A stretch of DNA of 64,000 nt from an uncultured bacterium (GTDB taxonomy: Bacteria; Acidobacteriota; HRBIN11; JAKEFK01). This document shows positions 41,177-51,226 of the stretch, one piece after another. Position 1 is the stretch's first letter, and each line of letters starts with the position of its first letter. The notes under the pieces were generated by a model. That model was given only the letters and a program-made list of their open reading frames with translations, was not told the origin of the DNA and searched no databases. The stretch is from positions 1,728,001 through 1,792,000 of the forward strand of contig CAVZQN010000004.1 of NCBI GenBank assembly GCA_963777505.1, read 5' to 3'. Made by a program: the position numbers and the translations under genes.

Positions 41177-42730
41177 TCAATCTAAAATCAAAAATTTCAA
41201 TCTGAAATCTGAAATCTCGAATCTAAAATTCTTTGCATAACCGCAGAGGCTCAGAGCCCAGAGGTTGATATCGACCCAGACGCTTTTAACCTGGGTGTAG
41301 TTTTCAAGCGCATGCATTCCAAGCTCACGGCCGAATCCACTTTGTTTGTATCCACCGAAAGGCGAGGCGGGGTCGTAAATATTGTAAGTGTTAATCCACA
41401 CAGTACCGGCTTTCAGTTTGCGGGCAATGTAATGTGCTTTCTTGATATCGCGAGTCCAGATTCCTGCGGCAAGACCATAAATGGAATCATTTGCTTGAGT
41501 GATCAGATCGTCGATTGTGCTGAACTGAATTGTAGAAAGTACAGGTCCAAAAATTTCCTCGCGTGCGATGCGCATCTGATTTGTGACATTGTCAAAAATT
41601 GTTGGCTGAACGAAGTAGCCTTTACCATCTCCAACTTTTGCTTTCTCGCCTCCGAGGACTAACTTTGCGCCTTCTTCTTTGCCGGAGGCAATGTAAGTCA
41701 GGATTTTGTCCAATTGATCTTTTGAACAAAGCGGACCGAACCGTGTTTTAGGATCCAGCGGGTCGCCTACCTGCATTTTCTTTCCGCGTTCCAATAATTT
41801 TTCGATAAATGCATCGTGGGCCGATTCCTGAACGAAGAGCCGCGAACCCGCAGCACAGACTTCACCCTTGTTGTAAAAAATTCCGGTTAACGCACCACGT
41901 GCGGCTGCATCAAGGTCTGCATCATCCAGAACAATATTCGGAGATTTCCCTCCGAGTTCCAGAGTTACCTTCTTTATGGTTTTTGCAGCTTCTTGCATGA
42001 TCGTAACACCGGTTGATGTGCCACCTGTAAATGCGATCTTGTCAATTCCGGGATGCCGAACCAATGACATACCTGTTGTGCGCCCTGAACCTGTCACAAC
42101 GTTGTATGCGCCTTCAGGCAATCCGACTTCTTTGCAGATCTCAGCAAATTTCAGTGCAGACAATGGACTTTGCTCCGATGGTTTATGAACAACTGTATTT
42201 CCCATTGCTAGTGCAGGAGCAATTTTCCATGACGCCAGCAGGAAAGGAAAATTCCATGGCGTGATTGCACCAACAACACCAAGCGGTTCTCGCAATGTGT
42301 AATTCAAGAAATTGCCACGCACAGGAATCGTCTCACCGTGATATTTGTTCGCCCATCCTGCGTAATACATAAAAAGATCAGCTACAAAAGGAACATCTAT
42401 ATTCCTGCTTTCGGAAATCGGTTTTCCGATGTCGATTGTTTCGCAATATGCAAGTTCATCTGCGCGTGCAAGAATTGCTTCACCTAATTTGTAAAGCACC
42501 TTGCCACGATCCGTTGCACTCAACTTGCTCCATGCGCCTTTTTCATAAGCATCACGCGCCGCAGAAACTGCAGCGTTTACATCCTCATCATCTGCAAGTG
42601 CGATTTCCATGATCGATTCCTCAGATGCAGGATTCGTAGTTACGAAATTTTTTCCGGAATGAGGGTCCACCCATTCATTGTTGATGAAAAGTTTTTTTGA
42701 GGGTGGCAGAGGATGTTTATGTTCAGCCAT
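41177..42730 (-). CDS. Aldehyde dehydrogenase
   Basis: [31 protein letters not shown] and PFGGYKQSG; AGGAG RBS before ATG 42730. Confidence 0.95.
   Translation of the reverse strand: MAEHKHPLPPSKKLFINNEWVDPHSGKNFVTTNPASEESIMEIALADDEDVNAAVSAARDAYEKGAWSKLSATDRGKVLYKLGEAILARADELAYCETIDIGKPISESRNIDVPFVADLFMYYAGWANKYHGETIPVRGNFLNYTLREPLGVVGAITPWNFPFLLASWKIAPALAMGNTVVHKPSEQSPLSALKFAEICKEVGLPEGAYNVVTGSGRTTGMSLVRHPGIDKIAFTGGTSTGVTIMQEAAKTIKKVTLELGGKSPNIVLDDADLDAAARGALTGIFYNKGEVCAAGSRLFVQESAHDAFIEKLLERGKKMQVGDPLDPKTRFGPLCSKDQLDKILTYIASGKEEGAKLVLGGEKAKVGDGKGYFVQPTIFDNVTNQMRIAREEIFGPVLSTIQFSTIDDLITQANDSIYGLAAGIWTRDIKKAHYIARKLKAGTVWINTYNIYDPASPFGGYKQSGFGRELGMHALENYTQVKSVWVDINLWALSLCGYAKNFRFEISDFRLKFLILD
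41179..41229. repeat. Heptamer repeat (AATCTGA)n, right bracket
   Basis: About 7 degenerate 7-mers, inverse of 40731-40765. Confidence 0.75.
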
Positions 42731-42746
42731 GATTATTTCTCCTGAC

Positions 42747-42792
42747 GTTTGTAGATAGGCACGCAGCCGAGCGAATGCGAGGCAGTGCCGTT
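42747..42792. repeat. 46-bp GTAG-type palindromic repeat, copy 2
   Basis: Matches 26030-26075 with one mismatch. Confidence 0.85.
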
Positions 42793-42794
42793 CT

Positions 42795-43583
42795 TCATTT
42801 TCCTTTAAATTGCGGTGGACGTTTTTCCAGATATGCTTTGAGCCCTTCTGCGGCATCATCACTTTCAAAAAGCTGCTGTTGTAACTCACGTTCAAGCGCT
42901 AGCGCATCTTGAAATGGAAGCTCAAGCCCTGTTTGAACTGCCCGTTTTATTCTGCCTGCAGCTTTACTTGCTTTTGATGGGGGTAAAAACTGGCGGGCAT
43001 ACTTCAGCATTTCTTCAGTAAAGTTTTCGGATTCAAAAATCTGATTAATAAGACCGATCTTGAATGCTTCATCGAAGTCGAAAGTTTTTCCAAGTGTCAT
43101 CATTTCAATCGCTTTCGATTTTCCAATCAGGCGTGGAAGACGTTGCGTACCGCCGGTTCCCGGCAGAACTCCAAGATTGATTTCGGGAAGCCCGATTTTG
43201 CCTGCGCCGCGCCGGGCGATTCGAATATCTGCAGCAAGTGCCACTTCCAGGCCTCCGCCAACGCAATGTCCATTTAATGCAGCAATGACTAATTTTGGAG
43301 TCTGTTCCAATCGGTTCAAAGTTTCATTCGCATGAAGACAAAAATAATACTTAAATTCGGGAGTAACGCTTGTGAGCATCGCAATATTTGCTCCCGCGCA
43401 AAAGAATTTTTCACCTTTGCCTGTAAGAACTAAGACATGAACTTGTTCGTTCATTCTTGTTTGAAGGATTAAGTCATCGAGTTGTCGCATCATTTCATAC
43501 GAGTATGTATTGGCGGGAGGATCATTGAGTGTTAAGACTGCAATTCCATCAACGAAAGAATATTCGACAAGTTGGTTATTCAT
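42795..43583 (-). CDS. Enoyl-CoA hydratase/isomerase family protein
   Basis: FCAGAN, GGGLE, PEINLG and GGTQRLPRLIG. Confidence 0.93.
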   Translation of the reverse strand: MNNQLVEYSFVDGIAVLTLNDPPANTYSYEMMRQLDDLILQTRMNEQVHVLVLTGKGEKFFCAGANIAMLTSVTPEFKYYFCLHANETLNRLEQTPKLVIAALNGHCVGGGLEVALAADIRIARRGAGKIGLPEINLGVLPGTGGTQRLPRLIGKSKAIEMMTLGKTFDFDEAFKIGLINQIFESENFTEEMLKYARQFLPPSKASKAAGRIKRAVQTGLELPFQDALALERELQQQLFESDDAAEGLKAYLEKRPPQFKGK

Positions 43584-43754
43584 ATACGACCTAAGTGTAA
43601 AGTTTTCAGGCTGTAGCGGAAAGGAACGCTATCAAAAGAACGTACATTCTAGCATAGAGGCTGGAGTCAATTACTGCCCAAAATCTTTGCTAATCAAAAT
43701 TGCCTTATAGTATAATACGACGTCTGTAAAACGTATTGAAAACATTGGACTAAC

Positions 43755-45815
43755 ATGCCTTCACAGAACCCTGAAAATCTGATTGCTGAGCTTCTTTCCA
43801 AGTGCGAGCAAGCCGTCGAAACTGGAAATTTTGAAGAAGCAATTACCGGGTGTAGAGCCATTTTGCAAGTTACCCCGGATCATATTCGAGCAAAACAATT
43901 GCTCGATGATGCTCAGAGCAAAATGGAAGCTGACTTATTTGTTCGGGATAACCTTCGAAAAGCTCAAGAATATTTCAACGCTCGCGACTATCAAAAATGC
44001 CTGAACGAATGCCAGAAGATCCTCCTTCTGGATAGTAACAATCCTTCCGTTGCTGTTTTAATGAAACAGGCTAACGACAAATTGGAAGCTGAGCCGTTCG
44101 TTCAAAATTTTATTACGTCCGGACAATCACTTTTTGATAGCGGACTTTATAACGAAGCAATTTCGCAATGGGAAAAAGTGAGGTCAATCGATCCCTCATA
44201 TCCCGGATTGGATGGTTTGATTCAAGGAGCCCGCGCACAGTTAGGAAATAACGAAAGTTTGATCGATACGGTCGTTGGTGATGCGTTGCCTGGAATTGAC
44301 CTTAACCTTGATATCAGCAGCGAGCAGGGTCCTGATGGTTTTTCCTTCGATGCATTTGGAATTCAAGAACCTGATCCACAAACGGAAAAGATTGAATTTC
44401 AATCAGATGAAGATCGGATTAATTATTTATTGCGTGAAGGGGATGAGCTCTCCGGTAGTGGTCATTATCAACGAGCAATCGAAGTCTGGTCAGAAATTTT
44501 TATGCTGGATGTAAACCATCCGGAAGCACTTCAAAAAATAGAAGTAGCGCGTCAGGCTGCAGCACAACAAAGAACGGCGAGTCAAGAAGTTGTAAAAAAG
44601 GCGATTGCAGCGTATGAAGGCGGAGAAATTGAACAAGCACGAGATCTTTTTGAAGAAGTTCGGTCGGCCGATCCTGATAATTCGGAAGCCGCACGATATC
44701 TTGAAATGCTTCCTTCTTCCGGAGCCGCTCCGGCAAGTCTTGACGATTTGATTTCTCAAGCGAAAGGCGCCGAAGACCGCGGCCAATATCGAGATGCGGC
44801 AATGCTGTATTCCCAGGCACTTGCAATTGATGCCGATAATGCGGATCTGGCCGATCGCGTTAAGAATTTGAACTTAATGGCGAAGCGCCAGGAGCAAGGC
44901 CGAACTGTATTAGGGAATGCGCGAGCATTTTTAGCTGAAGGAAAATTAGAGAGTGCAAGGCATGCAGTTACCAAAATATTAGAAGCCGATCCTTCAAATC
45001 CAGAAGCGCTTGAAATCATGAAAGAGATCAAAGCGCAAGCTGGAGCGGGTGGAATCACAGATGCCAGACCATCTGTTTCAGCGCCCTCAACAGCGCGTTC
45101 AGGGAAAAAATCTCTTCCAATGATGCCGCTTATGTTTGTGGGTGGAGCTCTTCTTTTATTAGGGTCGGGATTCCTTTTGTGGAATTCTTTAGGTGGAAAG
45201 TCTGAGAAAGATACGGCACAGGCAAGACCCATTAAGAGGCCGATTAATAAAGCGCCGGTTAATTCACAAAAGCCTCTTACCACTCCAACAGTGATTGTGA
45301 GTCCTCAAGACAAGCAAAAAGCTGGCGAAATTGTCCAGGAAGCGCAATTCTATTTCATGGAAAAACGTTACGATGAAGCGTTGCAAAAAGCTGGCGATGC
45401 ATTAAAAATCGATCCCACTAATAAAGAAGCAGCAGGAATTAAAACAGAATCAGAAAAATTAATTAAAGAAGCGGTTGCGGCTGAGCAAAAAATACTGGAT
45501 GATGCAAATGCTTACTTTGGGTATTCGGAATTTGCCGGCGCTGTTAGACTGTATGAAAAATATTTAACAAGACATCCTGAGAGTGTACAAGCGATTCAGC
45601 CACAAATTATCAAGTGCTATTACAATCTTGGGGTTATTGCGATACGGCAATGGAGATGTGACACCGCGGCTGATTATTTCCGCCAGGTTCTTTTTATTGA
45701 TGAAACAGATAGATTGAGTAAGGACGCTCTCGCACTTAGCAGAAAGTGCCAACAAATGGGAACTTCCGATTTAGAAGTTCGAAAAGCGGTAGCGTTCATG
45801 GAAATGCGGAAATAA
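43755..45815 (+). CDS. Multi-TPR bitopic membrane protein
   Basis: Many TPR-like helical pairs, one TM helix in the C-terminal third, then further TPRs. Confidence 0.85.
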   Translation: MPSQNPENLIAELLSKCEQAVETGNFEEAITGCRAILQVTPDHIRAKQLLDDAQSKMEADLFVRDNLRKAQEYFNARDYQKCLNECQKILLLDSNNPSVAVLMKQANDKLEAEPFVQNFITSGQSLFDSGLYNEAISQWEKVRSIDPSYPGLDGLIQGARAQLGNNESLIDTVVGDALPGIDLNLDISSEQGPDGFSFDAFGIQEPDPQTEKIEFQSDEDRINYLLREGDELSGSGHYQRAIEVWSEIFMLDVNHPEALQKIEVARQAAAQQRTASQEVVKKAIAAYEGGEIEQARDLFEEVRSADPDNSEAARYLEMLPSSGAAPASLDDLISQAKGAEDRGQYRDAAMLYSQALAIDADNADLADRVKNLNLMAKRQEQGRTVLGNARAFLAEGKLESARHAVTKILEADPSNPEALEIMKEIKAQAGAGGITDARPSVSAPSTARSGKKSLPMMPLMFVGGALLLLGSGFLLWNSLGGKSEKDTAQARPIKRPINKAPVNSQKPLTTPTVIVSPQDKQKAGEIVQEAQFYFMEKRYDEALQKAGDALKIDPTNKEAAGIKTESEKLIKEAVAAEQKILDDANAYFGYSEFAGAVRLYEKYLTRHPESVQAIQPQIIKCYYNLGVIAIRQWRCDTAADYFRQVLFIDETDRLSKDALALSRKCQQMGTSDLEVRKAVAFMEMRK

Positions 45816-45866
45816 GAAAGCTGTCTTCCTGTTTATTATTCGTCTGACAAAAAAGACGAGCGAAGC

Positions 45867-46751
45867 TTGATCATGCCTAAAATGAAGTGTCCTAACTGTG
45901 GATCAACGAACGAACGTACTGATACCCATTGCTTGAGGTGCGGCGCCGAATTGGTTGAGCATGTAACAGCAGCCGATCAGGAAACTGTTTCTGTTGGTAA
46001 GCAAGCTGTTCCGGACTGGCGTAAAGAGGTAACACGGAAAGCTCGTGAATTCGGTGAACGTAAGAAATTTCTTACGACCCCGCCACGGCCATTGAAAGAG
46101 CATGCTTCCGATTCTCAATCTGAAGAATCTACCGTAGCGCCTGTTCAGTTTCGTGAGATTGAAAAGCACGCGCCAGCTTTTATTGAGCCTCCGCATGAAA
46201 TTCAGCACCCGAAAGAAGAATTGTCGGTGCATACTCCACCTCAAATTCAAGATCCAGTGATTCCTGTAATGATTCAGCCCCAACCGGCTCACCAGCGCTT
46301 CGAATTAGATCAGCAGGGGATGTTACAAATACAAAGCGAGAGTGAACCGGACGCGCCACTTCATCTTGGTAGGAGAGCGGCTTCACTCATTGTTGATCAC
46401 GCAATTCTTGGAATCGCAATCTATGTTGTGGTTTTTATTTTTCGCGAATTTTTCAGCTATGATATTCAATCGCTGATTCAATCCTCTCCTTTTGCTTTGT
46501 TTTCAGCGTTACTTTTGTTTCACTTCACTTACTATTTTTATTTTCTGAAAACAGCCCGCCAGACTCCCGGTCAGGTTTTCTTTTCGCTTGAGGTACGCAA
46601 GCCATTAAGCGCAGGAAAAATATTCTCGCGATGGCTTTCGCTTGTATTTTTGAATGTTCTGAATGTCTTGCCCTTATTTTTCGGAAAAAAATTTCTGCTA
46701 ATGGATCGCCTTTCCGATACTGAAGTCCGCTCCATGAAACCCGAGGATTAA
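45867..46751 (+). CDS. Zinc-ribbon / RDD family membrane protein
   Basis: CPNC...CLRC N-terminus; RRAASLIVD, QTPG and DRLSDT RDD motifs. Confidence 0.85.
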   Translation: MIMPKMKCPNCGSTNERTDTHCLRCGAELVEHVTAADQETVSVGKQAVPDWRKEVTRKAREFGERKKFLTTPPRPLKEHASDSQSEESTVAPVQFREIEKHAPAFIEPPHEIQHPKEELSVHTPPQIQDPVIPVMIQPQPAHQRFELDQQGMLQIQSESEPDAPLHLGRRAASLIVDHAILGIAIYVVVFIFREFFSYDIQSLIQSSPFALFSALLLFHFTYYFYFLKTARQTPGQVFFSLEVRKPLSAGKIFSRWLSLVFLNVLNVLPLFFGKKFLLMDRLSDTEVRSMKPED

Positions 46752-46773
46752 TTCGGCAGCAACTTGCCTTCGT

Positions 46774-47512
46774 TCAGTCGTCAATTGGCTCAACACCAAG
46801 TCGCTCAAGTCGCTCAAGGCCGTCCTTCATGGCTTTGAGCGCTTCAGGGGAGTGCCCCTGCCAATCCGTGACCTCGCCCGTGACCCGTAGCGGCTCCCGG
46901 GAGCGGTATGACTTCGTCGGATTACCCCGAAACTTCTTGTCCGTCAGATTGGGGTCATCTTCAATCGGGCCAGTCGGTTCCACGATGTAGATTCTGCCGG
47001 GACCTTCGCCGACGGCCAGCTCCGCTCCCCACGTGGCTGCATCCAAAGTGCGGGTCAGATAGACGTAGGTTGTTGTCCTATCCTCTTACCGTAAGTTAGA
47101 GTTATGGCCGGGCTCGATCAGGTCTCCTGGCTTCAGGTCCGCCCGAGTGCCATGGTAGAGAGGCCACTCCGTGACCTCGCCTGTGACCCGCAACGGCTCG
47201 CGGGAGCGCCATGACATCGTCGGATGACCCGGAGACTTCTGGTTCGTTAGTTCGGAGGCATCTTCAATCTGGCCGATCGGCTCCACTATGTAGACTTTGC
47301 CGGGACCTTCGCCGACCGCGAGCTCTGCCTCCCAGATGGCCGCATCCAGATTAGGGGTCAGGTAGACATAGGTTGTCATCCTGTCCCGCTCACCGACGTC
47401 CGGGGGATTGCCGGGCTCGATCAGGTCTCCTGGCTTCAGGTCAGCCCGTGTGCCATGGTAGAACCGCTGCGATCTGCAGGTCGTCGGTGGTGCCGCGAAT
47501 GCCATTGTTCAT
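46774..47512 (-). CDS. arr: Rifampin ADP-ribosyltransferase with two tandem Arr domains (interrupted by apparent indels)
   Basis: YHGTRADLKPGDLI twice; LDAA.W.AELA twice; EDDPNLTDKKFRGNPTKSYRSREPL; in-frame TAA at 47086-47088. Confidence 0.85.
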
Positions 47513-47679
47513 GATTGTCTCCTTCTAATCTGCGATGTGCGTCTCGTTTTGACAACCACAGACCAACAATCAGGAGTGCCCTCTATATATCCGTTACCAG
47601 GAGTCAGCAACGCCCTGATAAGAAATCCTCTCTTTGTTTTGAACATGAGCGCTCTACGAAGCACATTTATCAAGTATCG

Positions 47680-48170
47680 TTATTTCCACAATATCAGGCC
47701 GTCCGTGGATAAGCCGGCAAATATCTTGGCAGGAATCAAGTTAACAATTAGCATTAGGAAATTCAGGAATGTAAACACTAACAGAAAGCAATTCATGAGG
47801 ACTCGACTCGATTCGTAACCGAAGACCGCAATGTAAATCATCGCTATAAGGAATAGGATAACCTGCGCAAAGATACCCGCCGATGTTACCAAAAGTGCCT
47901 TTAATATTGTGGGCGGCTGCTCATAGCGGCAGTGCCCACCTGTAACATTTATTTGTACTTCAAAAACCTTCAGCCCGAATAGCTTTGCTGCGAGTGCGTG
48001 ACCAAACTCGATGAACGCCGACCAAGAGAATGAATGCAACAATAAAAAAGGGGATATCAGTTATGTTGAATTCAACATATGCGCAAGGCAGAAATCCACC
48101 AAGAAGTACAGACCAATGCAAATGAACTGGCACGCCAAAAGGACCGCGAATTCGTTAATGTCATCATGAT
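47680..48170 (-). pseudogene. Site-2 protease (M50)-like membrane peptidase, frameshifted
   Basis: HE(F)GH restored by removing one base near 48010; NLIP...DG motif; upstream frame GVPVHLHWS. Confidence 0.7.
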
Positions 48171-48182
48171 GACTTTATAGAT

Positions 48183-48220
48183 GCCACCGAAGGTGTCGGC
48201 TCCAACGATTTGTTGGGCGG
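48183..48220 (-). mobile_element. Truncated integron attC site (left half)
   Basis: GCCCAAC inverse core followed by AAATCGTTGGAGCCGACACC; right half missing. Confidence 0.7.
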
Positions 48221-48235
48221 TACCGATGAGAGACC

Positions 48236-49355
48236 TTAGTGTTTCCCTTCAAAATAGTCCACAATCAGCCGCCCGATCCGGCCGATCTTATCTTCCTCTT
48301 CCTTGTAGCTTCCTCCCAGATCGTTGGTGAATACCGCAACAATGATTGGGCCCGAAGGCGCATAGATAATACCTACGTCGTTAGCGTCCCAAGGGGAGCT
48401 ATCTCCCGTTTTGTGTCCTACGGGATAATCGATGAAGTGTGGCAGGCGCCGCGCTCCCGCTTGTTGTCGCGCAGCATCTGTTTCATTTCCGCACTGGCTT
48501 CTTTTGACGCGAACGTGGCCCGTTCTATTCCTTGTAGCAGCCGGCCAGCTTCGCGTGGTGTCATCCTACCAAAGTAAAACGGCAGACCACGTTGTTCTAG
48601 CGAGCGTACGAACTTCAGCGAGTGGTCGGGCCTCAAGCGCCGAAACCTCATGACGAATGGAATCTAACCATTCCTGAGTCAGACCGGCCCACGACGGATT
48701 GTTAGTTCGAAGAGCATAAACCTGCGCAACGGTCAGCGACTGGTGGGCTGGATTTGCAATCTCGTATGTAAAGCGAAAGCTCTCGAAAACATTTGTCGCC
48801 ATACGTGCTTCGGTGTAACCCGAGGACAAGAGCCATGAATTGAGTGCAGCGGTCCCCCCGATTCTGGCGAGCATAATGTCCGTGGCAGTGTTATCGCTCG
48901 TGATGATCATCTCCGTAAGCAAATCCCTCAGCGTCGGGTTCGATCCCTCTTGGTGGAATTGCAGGACACCGGAACCAATGTTGAAATCGGACTTTGTAAG
49001 GCGGACGCGTTCGTCGAAGTCCAATTTCTTTTCATCGGCAAGCTGGTAAGCGCGAACCAGTATGGGGATCTTGATCACGCTCTGGGTCTCGAAGACAACA
49101 TCAGGCTGAACCATGGCTTCCTCGCCTGTGGCCAGGTGCTTCACGTAGATGCCAACGCCAAGAGGCTTTCGGTCTCTAAATGATTCCAACTCAATGACAC
49201 CGGTCGGCGCGTTTTCATCGGGCGATCGCAACGTGAACTTCGCCGCTTCGGCTTCGAGAAGATTGGTCAGCCCGCTCTTGCGAGAGGTCTGGGCCCAAAG
49301 GGTCTCCGTCGTGACCAGAAAACAACAACAAAATGATCGGTGTGACTTTCTTCAT
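48236..49355 (-). pseudogene. Class A beta-lactamase-like serine hydrolase gene cassette, several frameshifts
   Basis: Signal peptide, SVIK (SxxK), SDN and HKTG motifs spread across frames; GGAGG RBS. Confidence 0.8.
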
Positions 49356-49372
49356 GCCAGATCCTCCAGTCC

Positions 49373-49399
49373 GCCCAACGCTCAAGCGAGTTGTTAGGC
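49373..49399 (-). mobile_element. Internally deleted 27-bp attC site
   Basis: GCCTAAC-AACTCGCTTGAGC-GTTGGGC; the upstream gene's TAA lies inside the inverse core. Confidence 0.75.
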
Positions 49400-49787
49400 G
49401 GCGCGGGACCGACCAAGTAGGGCGCCTGCGATTGCTAAAGTTAATGAGCATAACACGGCGATTGCAGTGGCAGAGCTAATAACCAACCAAGCAGTGCCAC
49501 GTACACCGGAGAAGTTTAACTCGAGGTTGCCTGCCAGTGCAATGGAGATAGGAAGCCAGAGCATTGAGACCAGCAAGACTGCTTGAGAGATGTGACGCCG
49601 AACTGAGCCCACCGGACTTAGTGTAAAGGCTGAGCCGGCCAAGGAACAAAAGCAAATAGCCGCCAAGGCGTTGCCCAAAGGCAAACCCCCAGGCAAAAGC
49701 CATTCTAAGTAGCTGGTGCCTGAAACAAGAACGCCAATGGAGAGTACAGATCAGCACAATGAGAATCGGGACAGTCAGTTTTTGCAT
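49394..49787 (-). CDS. Hypothetical membrane protein gene cassette (one apparent frameshift)
   Basis: Two overlapping hydrophobic ORFs between complementary core GTTAGGCGGCGC and inverse core GCGCCGCCTAAC. Confidence 0.7.
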
Positions 49788-49806
49788 ATGATTACCTGTG
49801 TGCGCC

Positions 49807-49981
49807 GCCTAACGCACGGAGCTCAGCCGCACGACCTGCGCCGAAACGAAGGCAGCCGGTTGTGCTGGCTTCAGCACAACATCATAGCTGTAAACTTTTC
49901 GTTGTACAAATGGATTATAGCGGCATGCAACCGGCATGACTGAGAGAGGCAAGAGGTGTCGGCTGCAGCGATTTGTTCGAC
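49807..49981 (-). mobile_element. Integron attC site (175 bp)
   Basis: GTCGAAC ... GCTGCAGCCG ... CGGCTGAGC ... GTTAGGC with an extra base in L''; long imperfect internal stem. Confidence 0.82.
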
Positions 49982-50419
49982 GGGTCTTAAATCATTGAAT
50001 ATGTTAGAGTGGCTGAAATTAATAATGACGCCTGAGTTGAAAAACTGGACATGACTCGTACTGCGCTAGAAGGGTCGATTACGATTCTTGTATTGACTAA
50101 GATCTAGGACATTGGATCTTATTCCGAATGACATATTCTTGCGAAGCCAGCCGAACTACGTATTATACGGCAACATGGCGTATAACACGCTTTTGGAGCG
50201 TATTAGATGCCAAATTAGCGTCTAATTCCATTATGGCGGGCAATGAAAAAAGTCTGATAGCTGCTATCTATTTTTCTGCCTCCAACGGTGAACGATCCGG
50301 GGCCTCTTCAGAAAATCCAAAGATACGTATGACGCTCTAGGTAGAGTTTCAAATTTCGAGTACAATTTCGAGCGCACCTGACTTAAAAAATTGATCTTAT
50401 AAGCAATGGGAAATAACTG

Positions 50420-51226
50420 ATGCGGTGGTATGGCTATCTGGCAGCGATCTCAATGATCATCTGTCAGTATCTGATGTTCAAGAAGGTTGAGCCTGTTTTT
50501 ACTTTTTTTACGCCAATTCAATGGTGGAACTACATTTTTCTTGCGGATGCAATTGTCTCTGCAAGACAGAAACGAAGTTTAATCACGGATCGTCCCGCCG
50601 AATTTTTAATCATGCTCGTCCTTTCAAATGTTTGCTGGTTAATGTTTGAGGGCTATAACTTTCTTTTAAAGAATTGGTATTACATCAATTTGACTCCGGT
50701 GTTCTGGCATAGAATGCTTGGGTATAGCTTGAGCTTCGCAACTATTTTCCCTGGAATTTTTATTACCGCGGACTTGCTCGAGAGTTTCGGTTTGTTCAAA
50801 GACCGTAATCCAAAACCACGCAAACTCAGCGATGGTTTTCTGATAGGGTCACTGGCTGCAGGTCTTGCGTGTGTTGGGTTTCCACTAATTTTTCCGTCCC
50901 CGTATGTTTTTGGCCTTGTTTGGATCGGATTCTTTTTCTTGTTGGAGCCGATCAATTACTGGTTAAAGGGAAGTTCTATCTACGAGGATTTTGAGAAAGG
51001 GAAAAAGCAACGATTCTGGCTGCTTCTTGCTGCAGGAGCTGTCTGCGGTGGATTGTGGGAATTCTGGAACTTTTGGGCCAACTCAAAATGGATTTATACG
51101 GTTCCGTTTACGAAAAACATTAAGTATTTCGAAATGCCGCTTCTCGGGTTTTTAGGATTTCCGCCGTTTGCCCTGGAATGCTTCAGCCTTTATCACTTCA
51201 CGCGGCGTTTGTTGCAGCGAGACTAA
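50420..51226 (+). CDS. Hypothetical multi-pass membrane protein
   Basis: Aromatic-rich TM helices; WEFWNFWA.SKW.Y and FEMPLLGFLGFPPFALE. Confidence 0.75.
   Translation: MRWYGYLAAISMIICQYLMFKKVEPVFTFFTPIQWWNYIFLADAIVSARQKRSLITDRPAEFLIMLVLSNVCWLMFEGYNFLLKNWYYINLTPVFWHRMLGYSLSFATIFPGIFITADLLESFGLFKDRNPKPRKLSDGFLIGSLAAGLACVGFPLIFPSPYVFGLVWIGFFFLLEPINYWLKGSSIYEDFEKGKKQRFWLLLAAGAVCGGLWEFWNFWANSKWIYTVPFTKNIKYFEMPLLGFLGFPPFALECFSLYHFTRRLLQRD

Noticed and set aside
47086-47088. Stop-codon recoding in arr
   Set aside because: Codon is TAA, and two compensating indels restore the motif seen in the first domain
48061-48079. XerD/dif-like TTATGTTGAAT within an 18-bp palindrome
   Set aside because: No XerC arm at the right spacing, and it lies inside the M50 coding remnant
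50159-50190. 11-bp imperfect inverted repeat upstream of the cassette array (possible attI or operator)
   Set aside because: No integrase, regulator or second copy to support a function
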